Assembly (NCBI GenBank): GCA_965644295.1
Contig: CBFFRP010000116.1
Coordinates: 1 to 52,574 of the forward strand
From: Paraphysomonas bandaiensis
Taxonomy: Eukaryota > Protista > Chrysophyceae
Length of the DNA: 52,574 nt
Direction: 5' to 3'
The stretch's first letter is position 1. Each line of letters starts with the position of its first letter. The notes beneath the pieces were generated by a model. The model ran no database searches and was not told where the DNA came from. It saw only the letters and a program-made list of their open reading frames with translations. Shown piece after piece: positions 25,954-40,620 of the stretch. The translations under genes were made by a program, and so were the position numbers.

Positions 25954-28900
25954 CTACACCTCACTGGGACGTTCCCATTTCGGACCACTTTTTTCAAATG
26001 GTTGAATCGGAGACGCTTTCTTCTTCGCAATAAAAGTCACTTGTTTCGGTTTACCTGTGCCATGATGAATATATCTCGTAAAGTCCGTTGCTTCACCCGT
26101 TTGCTGTGTTGTTACAAATTTCGTTTTGTCTTCACCCCGTAGTAGGGATTTCTCCATGGCATTAGGTACATATTCACCCGTGTTCATTATCGTAAGAGGT
26201 GTGCTCTTATACTGGTACAACATATAAATTAAATATTTAGCTACTAAAGCGAAAAGATTACCGAGATATCTTTCCCTGACTGCGATTTCATATCACGTAG
26301 CTTAATGAGAGCTTTGTCTTTAGGTTCACCCTTAAGAATATCTGCCGTCCGATCGAGCTGAAGTGGCTTGTCTCGAACCTTGAAACCACCGACTTTGAAG
26401 TCTAGATGGTCTACGACAACCTTATCTTTCCATGATCTCTCTTCAGCTTCAGCAGCTTCTTGTTGTGCTTTGGCAGATTTGTCCCCACTTAAATGCACAC
26501 TCTGAACATGCACATATTTATCCCTGAATAAAATAAAGCTATACAAAGACCTGCCAGAATTTTTCATTTTGCTGTGTTCCACCTACAAGCATGCCACGGG
26601 GAAGTTTCTTTCGGTCCCCGACAAGACTAATCCAAATTATTAATACCACGTAACGCAACTAGAGCACGAAAGTGTACAAACCTCAATTCAAATTCTCTAC
26701 TAAACTGTGGGGGTTCTAACATTCCAAACGTTGAGCTGTCTACAGACTCCACTACGAAATCTCTCTCTCGCTGGCGTAGTACTGGGTCCTCCTCTCTGGA
26801 AACAAGTTCGACATTAAAATTTATAGAAGTTGCATGTGTGACACATCATCCCATTGAGTGATAGAAAATCAGTCTAAATCTTTGCACGTACATATTTTCA
26901 TTTGTAAAAGATTCGTAAGGCTCTTTCAGATCTTCAATACGAGCTTCATGAGGACGTTTAGGATGCTGAAGTAATTCCTACAGAAATGCAGTGAATATGT
27001 CATGTGAGTACGCTCTTATCGGTGCACCTTAATATTTTTTGGTGGAGGATACTGAAATCCTCTCTGTGTTGTCCACTTACTTCTTTCAACAATTTTATTC
27101 GCTTTTTTATCAGCTTCCTCATCAACCAATAAAATATTCTGCAACCACAATTTAACGTGATATCATTCGAAGTGTACTACCGAACTACCTGAGATAGGTA
27201 CTCCTGACTGTATGTGAACGTCGCCCCTTTCGTCGCAGCCAACTGTTTCCGACGTTCTGCCGCCATCATTTCAGTAAAGTTTTTACTCTGACCTGAGTAG
27301 CAGTGAATCTTAACGCCACGACCGTCCTCTATACCCAAAACCTGTGCCAAGTTGACATTAGAGCTCTTAGCGATACATCTGTTCCATGCAAGTGTCATAC
27401 CCTGGCAATGATGGCATCATCTTCAGCCTCTCTAGCCGCGAGACGATTAAGTGCTTGAGCCCAAGCAGCCTTACGAATTTCCTGCGTTTTACGTTAGCGC
27501 ACCGCCCCTTTTCCTGAGTTTGTGTCATACCCGCTGTTCTTGGAGCCGATCATGCCGAGGTTTGGAAGGATCCCGATTTCGCAAAAGGTCATCAAAAACT
27601 GGATTATGGCAATCTGTTGGCGCCAAACGACTTTCTTTTCCACGGTGCATCGAGGATGACCCACGGGCACTGAACTCCGCTGCTGATAAGAGGCTCGAGC
27701 CTTCTTCTAACATCTGTGAAGAATTCAGGTCACTGAAAGTCACAACATGATTGGAATCGGTTGGAACTATTGTTGTGAGCGCTCCATCAAGATCTTGTTT
27801 CGATAACGCATCTCCGTACAAGAGCTCCAACTAAATAGTATAACAGAAAAGTCAGTGCCATGTTGTGCGAATATATCAACACCGACCTGATTAATACATT
27901 CTGCGGTAGGATAACAGTCCAGCTCTTTAGTTGTCTTTAAGTCAGAGCACCGTCTGAAACATAAATTAGCACTACTGATCCTGTATCAGGCATTCTACAT
28001 ACTTCAGTTGCATCAGCTTGTCGATAGCTTCAAAACACTCTATATCAACTTGCTTTCGATTATATATTTCAGGCTTTTTCGCGAGTTTTCTCAGCTTCTC
28101 ACGGGGACGTACGCGCTTCAGATCGGGGCCGAATTCAGTGTATAATCTATACAGAGTACCTCTATAAATATTAATAGAGTCTGAAACATTTAACACACCT
28201 TTTGGGAAACAGAACTTCTGGATTACACAATATCTTCAGACTGTTGTCATTTTCCTTACGCCTGGGAATGTCTAATTTTTTACGTTAGCAAAGAATCGCG
28301 TCCTAAGGCGGTACAAATTACCCGCAAATATATTTTGCATTCCAAGCCCGATTCCACCAAGACCCTCCAAAACGATTAAACGAGTATCATCGTCGATCAC
28401 AGAGAATCCGCACACCACATCAAGATGTCCTTCGTTCGTAGCTTTAATATCCTCTTTACTAAATGAATACGATCGAAGAGTGCCCTATTTTAACCAAATT
28501 AATGAGAACAAAATACAAAAGCCACTCTACATAACAGCAATAAACCTGAATATCCGGAAGCGCCCGTGAGTTCACGGACGCCATCGCTTCATTTATCATG
28601 CTTAAAGTGTCGTTGTCATCGTACCTGCAACGAACACTAGTTGAACAGTACACGGCACAAGAAATTTATTTATATACTTGAACACGAAAACCATCCTTGC
28701 AAATGGCGTAATGCGCAGCCGTTTATCAAGAGCAGTTTCATCGCTTTGCCGCTTCGGAGTTGTGGCACGAATAGATCCGCCTGGAGACTTCGGTGTTGGG
28801 GGTAAAGGAGGGGTGGTAGAAGAGAGGCTCATATCAGTCCCCCGCTTAGGAGGGGCCACACTGACAGTATTTTCAGGGTGACGATACTTTCTGTAGAGGT

Positions 28901-30500
28901 GCACGTCAGTGATATTTAGCATTATGTAAACGCTAAACTCACCGGTGCAATTCAGCTGTCATATTTAAAACTGTATCACAGTCCTTATACAACTCATACA
29001 ACGGTCGACGTTGCCCACCCTTTCTAGTTGTCCCGGAAAGGGTCAACGTACCCGTCGTCGCCTTAGTACTGGTTCCAAACTGACCACTGACCGCCATGGC
29101 AGCCCGCTCGGCTTTGGACTTTTCAAGAGCAGACTTGAGAGATATATCAGATGGCATATGCCATCTTGGTGGCTGAGAAGGGCGAGTAGGCCTCACGATT
29201 GCATTATACTTCTCCTGCAATAAAATAAGATCACAGGAGAAGAACTGTTTCATTACTGTACCGATATGACTACATTCAACTTGCTATTGTCCCTCCCTGT
29301 GCGAGTTTTTTCGAATTCCATTAAGGCATCTGTCGCACACTCCAGTAAATGTTCCAGTCGGAACCTGATATTACCATGTGACTTGATCTTCTCACTAGCA
29401 TTTAACTCCTCCGTGATCCATCCGAGAATCATCTCGTCCAATGTACCCAAAACATTAGGTTCTTGATCAGTTGGGAAAGTCATGGTTTCATCTGGCAGCG
29501 GAGCTGAAGCTTTTCCACCTTTATCTTTTTTGCGCGGTGTACCATTCTTACTACCTTCTGCTTCACAGTTAAATCACGAATTACAATATAACGCACAAAA
29601 ATATAACCACCTGGAGAGACGGTCTTAGATGTGGCTGATAGGGGACGAGGAGACGGCTCAGCGACAGGACTGAACTCCTTATTATATTCCGTCAAACGCT
29701 TTTCACTGAACACACGACTACAAATGTCGTCTGTATGAATTTGAAGCGTGAAAGTGCTTGATGTAAGACTCTCTTTAAATTTGAGCACGTCGACTTCCCC
29801 AGCAAGAACACAACTTCGGAACCCAATAGGTACACTTGCCTGAGGTACTCGGGCGTCTTCTAAGTCACCTGCTGAATTAAAGTAGTTCACAGGACCCTTG
29901 GAGACCGCTCGATCACCCTGAGGATATGCTAGAATCTTCCGTTGCACACCACCAAAGTCCAGGCAGCCATAAATGTATGCATCTTTAAGATCCTCACCCA
30001 AGTCCACATCATCATAGGTTGGAAAGGCATCAAAACTACATAATATGACAGTTAATAGTTTAATTCCCACTTCGGCTTCACTGACCTGTCGAGAGAGAGT
30101 ACAAGAGGTTCCAGTGGTATGGTGGTAGCAGTTGCAACGAGCTGCTCAGGAGAAGAGAGCTGAACATCCATCATGATACCATCATGATATGAAGCACGAG
30201 AAGATACACTTCCACCCTGTAACAGTAGTGCACTACAGTCCAGATAAGTGAATGATATCATGTGTCGCTTGGTGCCAATATATCCCATTAAGATAGCAAA
30301 TAGTCCAGGTGCTCTATTAAACTCCAGTAGCTCATTATGACCCGATAATTTCGGATTAATTTGTCGAGACCATGTTGCAATATCAGGTTTTGGTTCCTCA
30401 CATTCAGTAGGATGAATCTCTTGCTCTGGTTGTTCATCTGTCTGATCTTCCGACTCATCTCTTTCATATATCCATTGTTCTGAATTTTCTGATACTACCT
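25954..30500 (-). CDS. CFAP92: Multi-exon CFAP92/KIAA1257 (DUF4550)-like cilia/flagella-associated protein; both ends approximate
   Basis: Exon translations ITPFARMVFVF / YDDNDTLSMINEAMASVNSRAL / LDVVCGFSVIDDDTRLIVLEGL / RLYTEFGPDLKRVRPREKLRKLAKKPEIY / HCYSGQSKNFTE..ATFTYSQEYLSQ match the conserved blocks I recall for this family, in the right order. Many short GT-AG introns. Confidence 0.7.
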
Positions 30501-30800
30501 ACGTATTATCTCCGTATTATTCATATAATAATATGTATATAAATGAATAATAGTGACCTCTGTAGTAATACAATCACACCATCTGCTTAATATACGTGTA
30601 TGTATATGAGTAAACCGTCTTTCTATTTGATTGATAGTTAATCGTATATTTAACTCCATTATAATGATTAGAGAAGTGAATCTAGTAGTATGAGATGATT
30701 AGGGATGAGTTGATAAGATGATATCAATCCCTTGTTTGATATGTGGGGTATGTATGTATGTAGATATGAGTGTGTTGGTTAATAGAGAACAGCGTCTTTA

Positions 30801-30853
30801 GTATGTATGTGTATGTATGTATATGTATGTCTATGTATGTCTATGTGTGTGTA
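30801..30853. repeat. (TATG)n microsatellite
   Basis: gtatgtatgtgtatgtatgtatatgtatgtctatgtatgt; a similar tract at 40133-40170. Confidence 0.8.
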
Positions 30854-31537
30854 TAGCTGGAGATGAAAAAAAAATATATAACCGTCTTATATATATGAAG
30901 TATGTATGTTTGATAGGTTGATTTTTACAGATATATATTTTAGTTTTTGTCCAGAGGTAATGTATGGAAGAAGGTGCATGATTGGGTAAAGAAATTTTGT
31001 AGTAGGACAAATATTGTAGTGTGAAATACGGAGATATACAGCAGTATACATACATATATACATACAAATATAAAACTGAAAATATTCATATGTCCATATA
31101 TACACCACTATACACAACACATGGATGTATATATATACACTTTGTGCTGTTCTGTACTTGCAACCTCCACATCACCATCTACAGTCCATACTATATACAG
31201 AGTACTCATAGATATGTACCTCTCTACAACAGTATGTACAGATGGACATATATATATGTAGTAGTTCATATACAGGCATTGTGTAGTATGGTACTTGTAC
31301 TTGTATATATCTGGCAGTTGAGATACGTGAAATTACGCCCCAATGGACCTTATTTGCACCATGGATTTCATGGGATCGTATGCATGAGATAGATATGTAT
31401 TTGCACTAAACTATTGTAATCTGATAAAGTACAAATGGACAGTGTACTATATCCTCTAATCATCATTGTTTCTATTTGTATCATTATTATCTACCAGATC
31501 AAGCAAGTCGATCAATACCTTCATAGTATAAAGCAAA

Positions 31538-34500
31538 ATGTGTGGGAACTTCGGCTTGATCATGCTGGGCAAGAACAGCCAGTCAAGCATGACTGCTGTG
31601 GATGAATTTGAGAAGAAGAAAACTAAGCAAGATGCTATGGATGTATCGTTGCATCAGACTTTACATGAAGTTAGCAGACTGCACGGATTAAGAGTTGTTG
31701 GAGATGCCAACTGGACCCATAACAAGTCTACCAGTGGTAAATATAACATAATTGAATCAACAAGTACCCATGCGGGTAATGCACAAATGTTGGAACCACT
31801 TCATATCTTGGAGGCGCAAACAGCAGCTACGGAAGTTCGTGGGGGACAAGCTGGTGGCATCAGCAGCATTGAGTACCGCAGTGAAAGTGGTTTAAAGTCA
31901 GTCCAATCGTCATATGAAGCAAAATTTGCTTCTTCAAATGAGCCCGTGCCCAATATGTTTCGTACAAGATGTGTTGCGCGTAAGCGATATCCTCTTGCTG
32001 CAGATTTAGCCAAGAAATTTCTCAACAAATTTGGTCGTCAGCCCGATGCTTCACTGGCAGTCACTTTCGTAGGACACACACGTTTTGCTACCTCATCCGT
32101 AAATGTGGAGTCTGAGCTTCATCCCCACGAATGGGTCCCCCCCAGAATGGAGAGAGTTTGGCGTATGAACTCAACTACAGGCAAGTTCGAGTCCACTAAC
32201 GTTAGCTATTGCCTGCACTTGACCCACAATGGGGATTTCGATGCCTTTGAGATGTACTCGTCCACTGTTGTTAACGGAGAACTGGGATTGTGGCTTGAGC
32301 GTGTGCTCTGGACTGAGAATCTTACACTGGGTGACTCTCCAAAACTGGCAGGTTTGATGGATGTTATGCGAGTGCAGGGAAGGTGGGGACCGGCCTGTCG
32401 CCTGGGTTATGTACGTCTGCTCAAGTCCGTCAATGATGTGTGTGACGGGGAGCAGATATCCAAGGAGGCACCCAATGTGTTTCCAACATTTGAATTTTTT
32501 CAGGAATGGGCTGAAGCACTCTTTGAGCCTTGTTTTCACATGCACAAGAACAACGTCATCAAAGTCAGCCAGGACAAAGATGTCACGGGATCCAGACAAA
32601 AGGTTGTGGAATACAGTATTGATCCTGCTGGAGAAGCTCAGTTCGTGGACGCTGTACTATCTCAGTTCGACTCTTGTGCAGATCGTTTTAATGCCACAGG
32701 GTGGAGTAAGAAAGAACGTCTGGCATTTGTAAGTCTGACGATTCGAGCTTTTCTCCGCAATGATCTGTATACTACACTCACTGAGATCATGTCGCGCGCT
32801 GAGGGATCATTCGGCATTCAATGTCACTGTACGATTGAGCCTGGTGTGGTAGTCATCGCAAGTAAAGGCCAACCAATGTCTGTGGCATTCAGTCCTGATC
32901 TTCCAGTGTGCCTTTATGGATCTGAGGCAGAAGCTATCGCAGTCCCAGTAGATGTCGATGGAGGGTGGCTTCCAGAACGCATAGATTTAGACTCCAAAGG
33001 AGAAGTCATGCGTCTTGGAGAGCCACGCCTATTTGTTGAGGGACGATTCAATCATATTCGCAAACAGACTGAAGAGGAAAAGGAGGGTGATAACTTTGAA
33101 AAGCAGTCGTCCATATCCGCACCTAGTAAGTACGAGGGACCCGTCATTCGCAAAACTTTGGGTAAGATCACTCGAGAAAAGGGGTTCGGAGAACGTTCGG
33201 GTATTCGTATGAGAGGAGGTGTAGAGATTCTCTCCTATTCTTTGGTGACGGATTGCGAGGCCATGGGCCAGGAGCTGGTAGACCGTGCAGTTACCATTAA
33301 TTCAGCCCCTATTCCCTATGATCCTAAGGCCGATCTTGTTGCCGCTGACCTTGCTATGACCCCGGGAATTCTGGATGCTATTGACAGAGGTAAGCACTGC
33401 AGGCATCACTTGTTGCCGCTCTCTTAGTATGTGCAGTACGCTAAAGACTGTATGTTGTGTAGCTTGGTCGAACACGAAGTCGGTCGAGTACATAGTGGCA
33501 GAAGAGTTTTGTGAGCATATGATTCGCTGTATGAAGCATAGGATTGATACACATACAGACTCAACCGATCTGCTCATAGGTAAAGTTTGAGAAGCCTTTG
33601 ATAGTTATTTGATTTTATTCTCACACGATTTATGTAGGTGGTGTAGAAGCCTCGCTGTGGGTCGCGGAGCAGTTTGCTGCAGATCTGCGTACTATTTTCC
33701 CCCAGCTCAATATTGTTACAGTTAGCGCAAACAAACTTCTCGGTCTCGCAGATGATGCTCCAGGAAAAGTGTTTTTCCCTGGCACCGACGCAGTGTTACC
33801 ACGTCGTATCGACAACTACACGTGCGCCTTGCTTATTTCTCAGTCTGGGCAAACCTTCGCAACACTCCACGCCACTCGTAAAATCGCCTCTCTCGTAGGG
33901 GACCGCATGTTTCTTCTAACAGGGTGTTTCAATAGCAAAATGGAGGTTGCCATGAAAGAGGACTACCAGATGCGCGGCAAAGTGTATGGCAAGAACCGTG
34001 TTTTCAACAACTATTCCGGCTATCGTCCTGCTGAGCCTACCTCAGCAGCAATCGTGGCTACATTCCATACTCTAACACGGTTGATCCTCCATCTAGTGGT
34101 GGCTACGCGCAAACGGTTTGCGGGCAGCCGTCTTATCCACAAGTGGGAGTATTCTGCTGCCACAGATCTTCTTCGAAAGTTAGTACGGCGTAAGACTGCA
34201 GCTCGTCGCAAGAGGCTACGAGAGGAAGCCGAAGCTGCGGGGAAGGAACCTCCAGCCGAACCTGATAACCAGAATGAGAATGGCAAAGAGTTCGTACCTT
34301 GGTATGAACAGGGAAGACAGACTATCCTTATGAATTTGACCGACGGCTGCATTGATGATATTCACAGCATTATGGCGACTTCTATGATTCCAAACATCGA
34401 ACGAATCGTTGGGTTTGACAAATATGGTGACCCCCTTGAAGGGAATGAGAAAGAGACGAACGAAGAACTCAGACAGGCCGGACAAGCGTGGGGGGACCAC

Positions 34501-35861
34501 GTTAGAGAGCCGTGGATGGTAATAGTGTTTGTGGCTATATACCTCTTGATATCGGTCGGTATGGGGTTGCCGCTTTTTGGGACCATCGCCACTATCGTGG
34601 TGGAGATTCTCAAGGCAGCGAACGTAGATATTGGAAATGGTACACTTGCTTGGAGCCCACGCTACCCGGACTTGATGGTGGATCAAGGTATTGGTTGGAC
34701 CCTGGTGGGGCTCGCACTTCAGATAATCGATGCTGTGTGGTTTATATATATTGGGAAGAACTTGACTTGGTTTTTGCGATGGGTCACGGGACGCCCCATG
34801 GCGGCCCGAATGGGAGGGCGGACCATTGTTGTCGTTGACTCTCCTTGCATTCACCAGTTAACAGAAAATTTTGCATCAAAACTTTTCTCCCAGGCCTACT
34901 CGTTCTGTATGCCTAATGTACATGGGGCCTCGGGGTTAGACCACTTTGTACATAGGTTCACCCATCGCGTTGTGAGGGGAGTACTGCTGGCAGTGGGCAG
35001 ACCGGATGGCCGACTCTGCGTTCTTGGTAATATTCATGATTTAATTTACTCGACCTTTACTGATTTTGATTTTGTGCAGCTAAATCAGAGGCGGCTGTAC
35101 TATTAGCTGTGAAACAGGCAGTGTTTATTGAGAATCCATCGTATTCTGGTGTTGGATCAGGTCCTGATGTCATAACTGTCGGGCATAATCCGTACGTCCC
35201 AAATTTGGGTCTTGCGAAGCATGTGGTGCTGAAAAGTGACAACCGACGCAAGTTTGTGGATGAGTATTTGTACGAGCGCTTGTATCTGGCCGCTAAGCCA
35301 TTTGCGGGTGCTATTCTGAGACAGCTTAGTAATGCTTACTCTGCTGCGGTGAAGGGACGTGCTGAGTGGGCAGATATTCCATATGGTGCTCAACATGTAA
35401 ACCCTAATGTTGAGCACAGTGATATGTTCACCGACTTCGTGTTGAACGCAAAAGAAGCAGGGATGCTCACCAAGAAGCAACTGCAAGCAGGTGTATCTGC
35501 TGGGACTCAGTCCAAGTCTTTTGACCCTGCTGTGCGCACTGCGTTTGCTGGTCGTTTGGACAGACAAGCCCAACGAGTTCAGGACTACCAGCAGATTGTG
35601 CAGCAGTTTTACGAATGTCGTGTGGCTGCCATTGAGCGTTATGTGTCTTTTTGTGTAATGTTCCATGCCATGGCGGAGAAAGCTCATGACCCCTGGTTCT
35701 GTGTTCCATGGGATATGGCACGATCTCAGAGTAACCTCAGAGTAGCCACCACGGCATCCCCTGTCGCTAATGAGGCAAGTGGTCACCATATCTCCAACGA
35801 AGTCAAAAAGTTAGCTCGTGATTTTGCTGAAGCACTGCGTGGGTATAGGGCGAACTTCTAG
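31538..35861 (+). CDS. Atypical GlmS/GFAT-like protein: class II (Ntn) glutamine amidotransferase domain, SIS-like domain and inserted transmembrane helices; 4 exons
   Basis: N-terminal MCGNFG, GHTRFATSS, HPH, HNGD, and SIS-like ISQSGQT. Introns 33390-33462, 33580-33637 and 35027-35079 give one continuous frame (..DLLIGGVEASLWVAEQFAADL..; ..GRLCVLAKSEAAVLLAVKQA..). Hydrophobic segments at about 34510-34780. Confidence 0.8.
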
Positions 35862-37435
35862 ACAAGACATCGAGAACTACCCCATGTGGTAGCCTAGTGA
35901 TACACATAAATTTAGTTGTGTATTTTCTGCCTCATTCAAGATGCGTAGTTTTAATTGTCTCTTTATCCTTTATCGATTTTCATGGCGTTATATAAACTTC
36001 ATTTAATAATCTGTAGTAGCTATGAACACTCAATGTCGTCAACTACCCACTTTTTACTGCTGTTCCCAGGGGTGAGGGTAGAAATTAGAATATACTCGAT
36101 GCAATAAAGCCCTTAATAAAATGATACATGACAGTGTATCGTATATCATTGCAGAGCACATTTACCCAAGCACAAGTTATACCGATCAATAGGAGCAGGG
36201 CTAGTGAACAATACATTGCAATACTGTTGGTTATTGTTAGATAGCATCCCATCAATAGTACTGATGGAGTCATTTAAACCGGTTAAACAATACTAACTTA
36301 AGCCCCGGGTAATAAAAATACAGTATTCGCTAAATTACTAGTTTGTACTACTCATTAATCAAATATATGGTATATGCGTATATGCCATTTGTGCAGAGAG
36401 AAAAAGATCAATAATAATAAGTTCTAACAAACAACAAGCATATCTACTGTAGCGAAAACGGTGGGTTTATGAACACCGTCGAAGAATAACAGGAAACGTT
36501 TTATACTCATATTATACACAGGTATACCTTACTCTGTATTGACTTTTGAAACGAAAGATAAGTTGTTAGACTAGATAGATTACTATTATTGCATAGGTTA
36601 TTATGAATCATCATGTAAAACAAATCAACAACACAATTTTATACTTATTTCTTATCCACCTCTGATTAAATTATGTATCTTGAATCGTCATGATACTTTA
36701 GTTTCACAGTTATAGCTGTATAGTATTTTTGACTACATATTACGAGTTTTACATTGTATTTAATGAAATCTTCAGATCAATCTTAGGGAAACATATATAT
36801 TCCAACATATCAAAGCTTGACACTATATGAGAAGTATTAACTTAACAGCAGAAGGTAAACTTATACTCAATGCTGAGAACTGAGAATTATAAATTATAAT
36901 CAATATCATCTCTTATTATTCAGCAATTTCATGTTGTCTCTACTACCACTCATTTCTCGTACAATCTTACTTCGTCACTACAACTTGCATCGTCATTATA
37001 TATTATATATTCCGTTTTACCACTATATTCTTATTGTCAAATCTCACAGTACGAAAAACAAGACTACAATTGTATACTACTGTAATTTAAATACCTTAAA
37101 ACTACAGCTTTCAATTACTCTAATATAGCAAACTCAACACAACACTTGGCTGAAACTTATTCATCAACTTTTAATCATATCTACGATATACCATGGAGCA
37201 GAAGCTTATTTGTTTCAATGATAACATGGGTACCAGGCACCCAAAAATTCTTGCATTGCTTGTTACTCACAGTAAGAAATACAACAATCTCACTTTATTC
37301 GCTATGACGTAAATATTTCTTATTAATATCACAACCTGTAAAATGGAGGATATAGAAGAGACAGAACAACAGCTATTCACCAAGGGTTCAGCAAGCTATT
37401 GTACATACTAGTACAACGAATACTAGTACAAAGTA

Positions 37436-39970
37436 TCAACCCCGGCCGCCAGTGTTGCGCATTTTCTTCATATACTCCTCGTGATACTTTTGTCCGTCGT
37501 CATCCTTCTTCGCATTAAAGTCCTCCAGCTGCTGGAAGTTCTTGCGCTTCGCAAGTAGCTTGTTTAGTGCTGGGGGATATACTCCCTTGCAGTACCAGCT
37601 ACCGGGGGCATCACAGATACGGTTAGCAGGGTCGGAAGTATAGTTCTTGGAAGCCTGAGACACACCAACTACCTCATATATTCGTACTTTTCCGTACTTG
37701 GATATGAACCTCTCCTTGAAGAGGTTCTGGTTGACGGTCACACCTGGTTTTTCGCGATATCTGTGAAGTTTGTAGAGCAGAGACTCAGCCATCATCGGGG
37801 TTGGGTCCATCTGTCGATTATAGAAGCCGAACTGCTGACAGGTGGGATCACCTGGACATATATCAGGGAAGACAGAATTGCCGATACGAGCCATGTGGGG
37901 GGACTTAGCAAGATCATCTCCTCCCCCTCCTGCCCAAATAAGAACATAGTCAGCGAGGTGCTTGATGATATTGTGGGCACGTTTCTCTGGAGAAGTCAAG
38001 CACCGCCCAAGTAAAGCAATATGCTGCATAAAAACAGTCATACACAACCCCGATAAGATCTATTATCTAACAACTATACACACTACTGTGCATGACAATA
38101 CCTCATGGTTCCAAGTGTTGCCATCTGCAATAGTAGTCCTGTTGCCAATGCCAGTTATTTGGTACCCGTAGTCCCACCAAGCCATGATGCGGGCGTCCTC
38201 AGGAGTCTTGTCTCGTAGCCACCAGTAGGCTTCTCGGTAGTCATCTACCATGATCACAGTACCATCTCCCAAACGTGCCTGGAACATCAGCGAGGGGTTG
38301 GAGAGGTGATGTCCCATCTGATTGGAGTAGGTATAAAATTCGGGAATATCCACAACAGCGAGGTAAACTATGGCCAGTGCGACCAACTTGCGGATGATCT
38401 TGACGACTGTTAGAGAGTTGAACTCAGCCCACTTCGATTCAATCATGTCAGTGATCGTATTAGATCCGGACACAGTACTCTTCGTAGCAGGTGTCGTTTT
38501 CTTACTAGACTTTCCAGAGTCGCTTTTGGCTTTCTTGCCTTTCGGGGTGGCGACAGTGGGTGGATCCTCAACTGAAGCTTCCTTCGAAAATGAAGCTAGA
38601 AGTTCACTCACCTCGCACCACAGAAAGTCGATCATAGCAGCAATTGCTATTCCGCTGAGGGCGGAAGATATTGGGCCCATGAGGAGCATCAGACGATTCA
38701 TCTTGGTAGAGAAATGGTACGCAACGATAGCATATGTGACAATAAAAACCATAGGGTCTGTGCTTGCATCTGTGTCCTTCTTTGGCTTAAAGAAAGGCTT
38801 AATGACCGAAGTATATAAAGCAACCACAAACCCTACGGGGGAGGTATGACACGCATAGTGGAGGAATTGCCAGAATGCCTGGGGACTGGCAGGCTGATGC
38901 TCCGCGACTGAGTCGACAAGGGGGTTGCCAGTTCGCGTGTGGGTCACAAAGAGTCCACGAACACGAGAGGACAGCGGTCCAAAATATCCGGTAGGCCACA
39001 GCATAGCAACCACCACTGAGGCAACAACGGCAGCAGCAGCAAACACCTGAGATCGGACCTTAAACCTCTGTCCTGCGGTCATGGTCTCAGCCTCCAACTT
39101 GTAGAGTTTCAGAAAACGAGGGTTTTCGCAAAGCTGTAAAAGCTGCATTAGGAAAAAGACACCCATAGGGGCAAGTTGCTCAAGGGATCTTAGTGGGGTC
39201 AGACCCACAACAGGTACGCGAGTGGCGCCGAAGGTTCCAACAATGTACCAAAGGGTATATGACCAGTAGAGTTTGTTCGAGAATCTACCAAGGATAACAA
39301 GAAGAAAGGCGTGCAAGCCGATAAGATTAAGGACGAATATATAACCCCCCCACGTAGCAACCATACATGTGTACGCAATGCCAGTTAAGATACCAACGAA
39401 GTTCATCTTGCGATCATCGGTTCCAGACAAAGAGTACATCCACAAGAGAAAAGTCAAGCACAGACACGAAATGGCAACCGATTCGTTATCGTATCCACCC
39501 CCAACAGAACGCATAATGTGAGCTGGAATAATGGACATGACAGCAGCAGCGGCAATCCCAGCTGTCTGTGACCCAGAAGCAACATAGGTACCTAAGCCAA
39601 GTAAATTGGTTGCTAAAACGCCAAACCAGACAGGAACATAACAACAGACGTCATTAAGAGACATTTCAATTCCAATACTGTTAAGAACATTCCAGATAGC
39701 AACAGATGCCATTTGCATGCCCGGATAAATAGTTGTTCCAACAGGTCGTCCAAGTGGGGACCAACTCATGTAATCATACCAATGAAAGAATTTCATAAGG
39801 CCATTATCAGCTAAGTATTGTGTTGCACGAAAATTAAACCATGGATCAAATTCATGAATAACTAAACCATAAATATTAATCGCATGCATACGTACACTGT
39901 ATGCTGAGTATCCGATAAAGATCAAAGCAATGATTTGGAAGATACGTAATGCAATAGATTGTAACGCCAT
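37436..39970 (-). CDS. STT3: Oligosaccharyltransferase catalytic subunit STT3 (2 exons)
   Basis: IHEFDPWFNFRAT, GGYDNES, SVAEHQP, WWDYGYQI, DGNTWNHE|HIALLG and DLAKSPHMARI motifs. Intron 38101-38024. Likely start MALQS at 39970. Confidence 0.97.
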
Positions 39971-40340
39971 ACTTATAATCAAATGACTTAAAATATAATA
40001 AAAATAAGATGAAATGCAATAGTCTTGCAACACCTGAACCGTTGAATCGGTTATATATTGGTGTTATGCAAGAGACACGCCTGTAAAGGGAACTAAATGG
40101 TTAGATGATACAAGCCCTTGCAACACCTCTGTGTATGTATGTATGTATGCATGTATGTATGTATGTATATGCACACATCAACTGACAATATGAGAGGCTC
40201 CACACCACACAAATACACGTACTGGTGTACCACACTATGACCCCCCACTACACTGCTATATACACTGCTGTACACTTGGCATCGTATGAGAGGATGTAGG
40301 TAGGTAGGTACAAGATTATGTTATGCATAGGTACAGTAGA

Positions 40341-40458
40341 TGTGTATATTTAGGTACAGGTGTATATATTTAGGTACAGATGCATATATTTAGGTACATA
40401 TATATTTAGATACAGGGATATATATGTACAGGGGTATACAGATATATATTTAGGTACC
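40341..40458. repeat. Degenerate ~20-bp minisatellite (TATATTTAGGTACAG core), about 5 copies, in the divergent STT3/HMG-like intergenic region
   Basis: tatatttaggtac recurs at about 40345, 40365, 40385, 40403 (variant) and 40445. Confidence 0.75.
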
Positions 40459-40620
40459 AATGTCTATCTATACAACTCTACAAGTACATATCTCCATCAC
40501 CACAATATATACACAGGTACACATGCCCCAATGGTGGAGAAACATCCCATCAAACTCTCATCTATAACTCACTCACTCTATTAACAAACACACTCATCAT
40601 ACATACATACATTCAAAACT

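Noticed and set aside
30831-31392. Tyr/Ile-rich ORFs between the CFAP92-like and GFAT-like genes (similar ones at 40093-40584)
   Set aside because: Translations of TA/TATG low-complexity intergenic DNA.
31538-39970. GFAT-like gene plus STT3 as a glycosylation gene cluster
   Set aside because: Only two convergent genes, and the GFAT-like protein lacks canonical isomerase motifs. Adjacency alone is not evidence.
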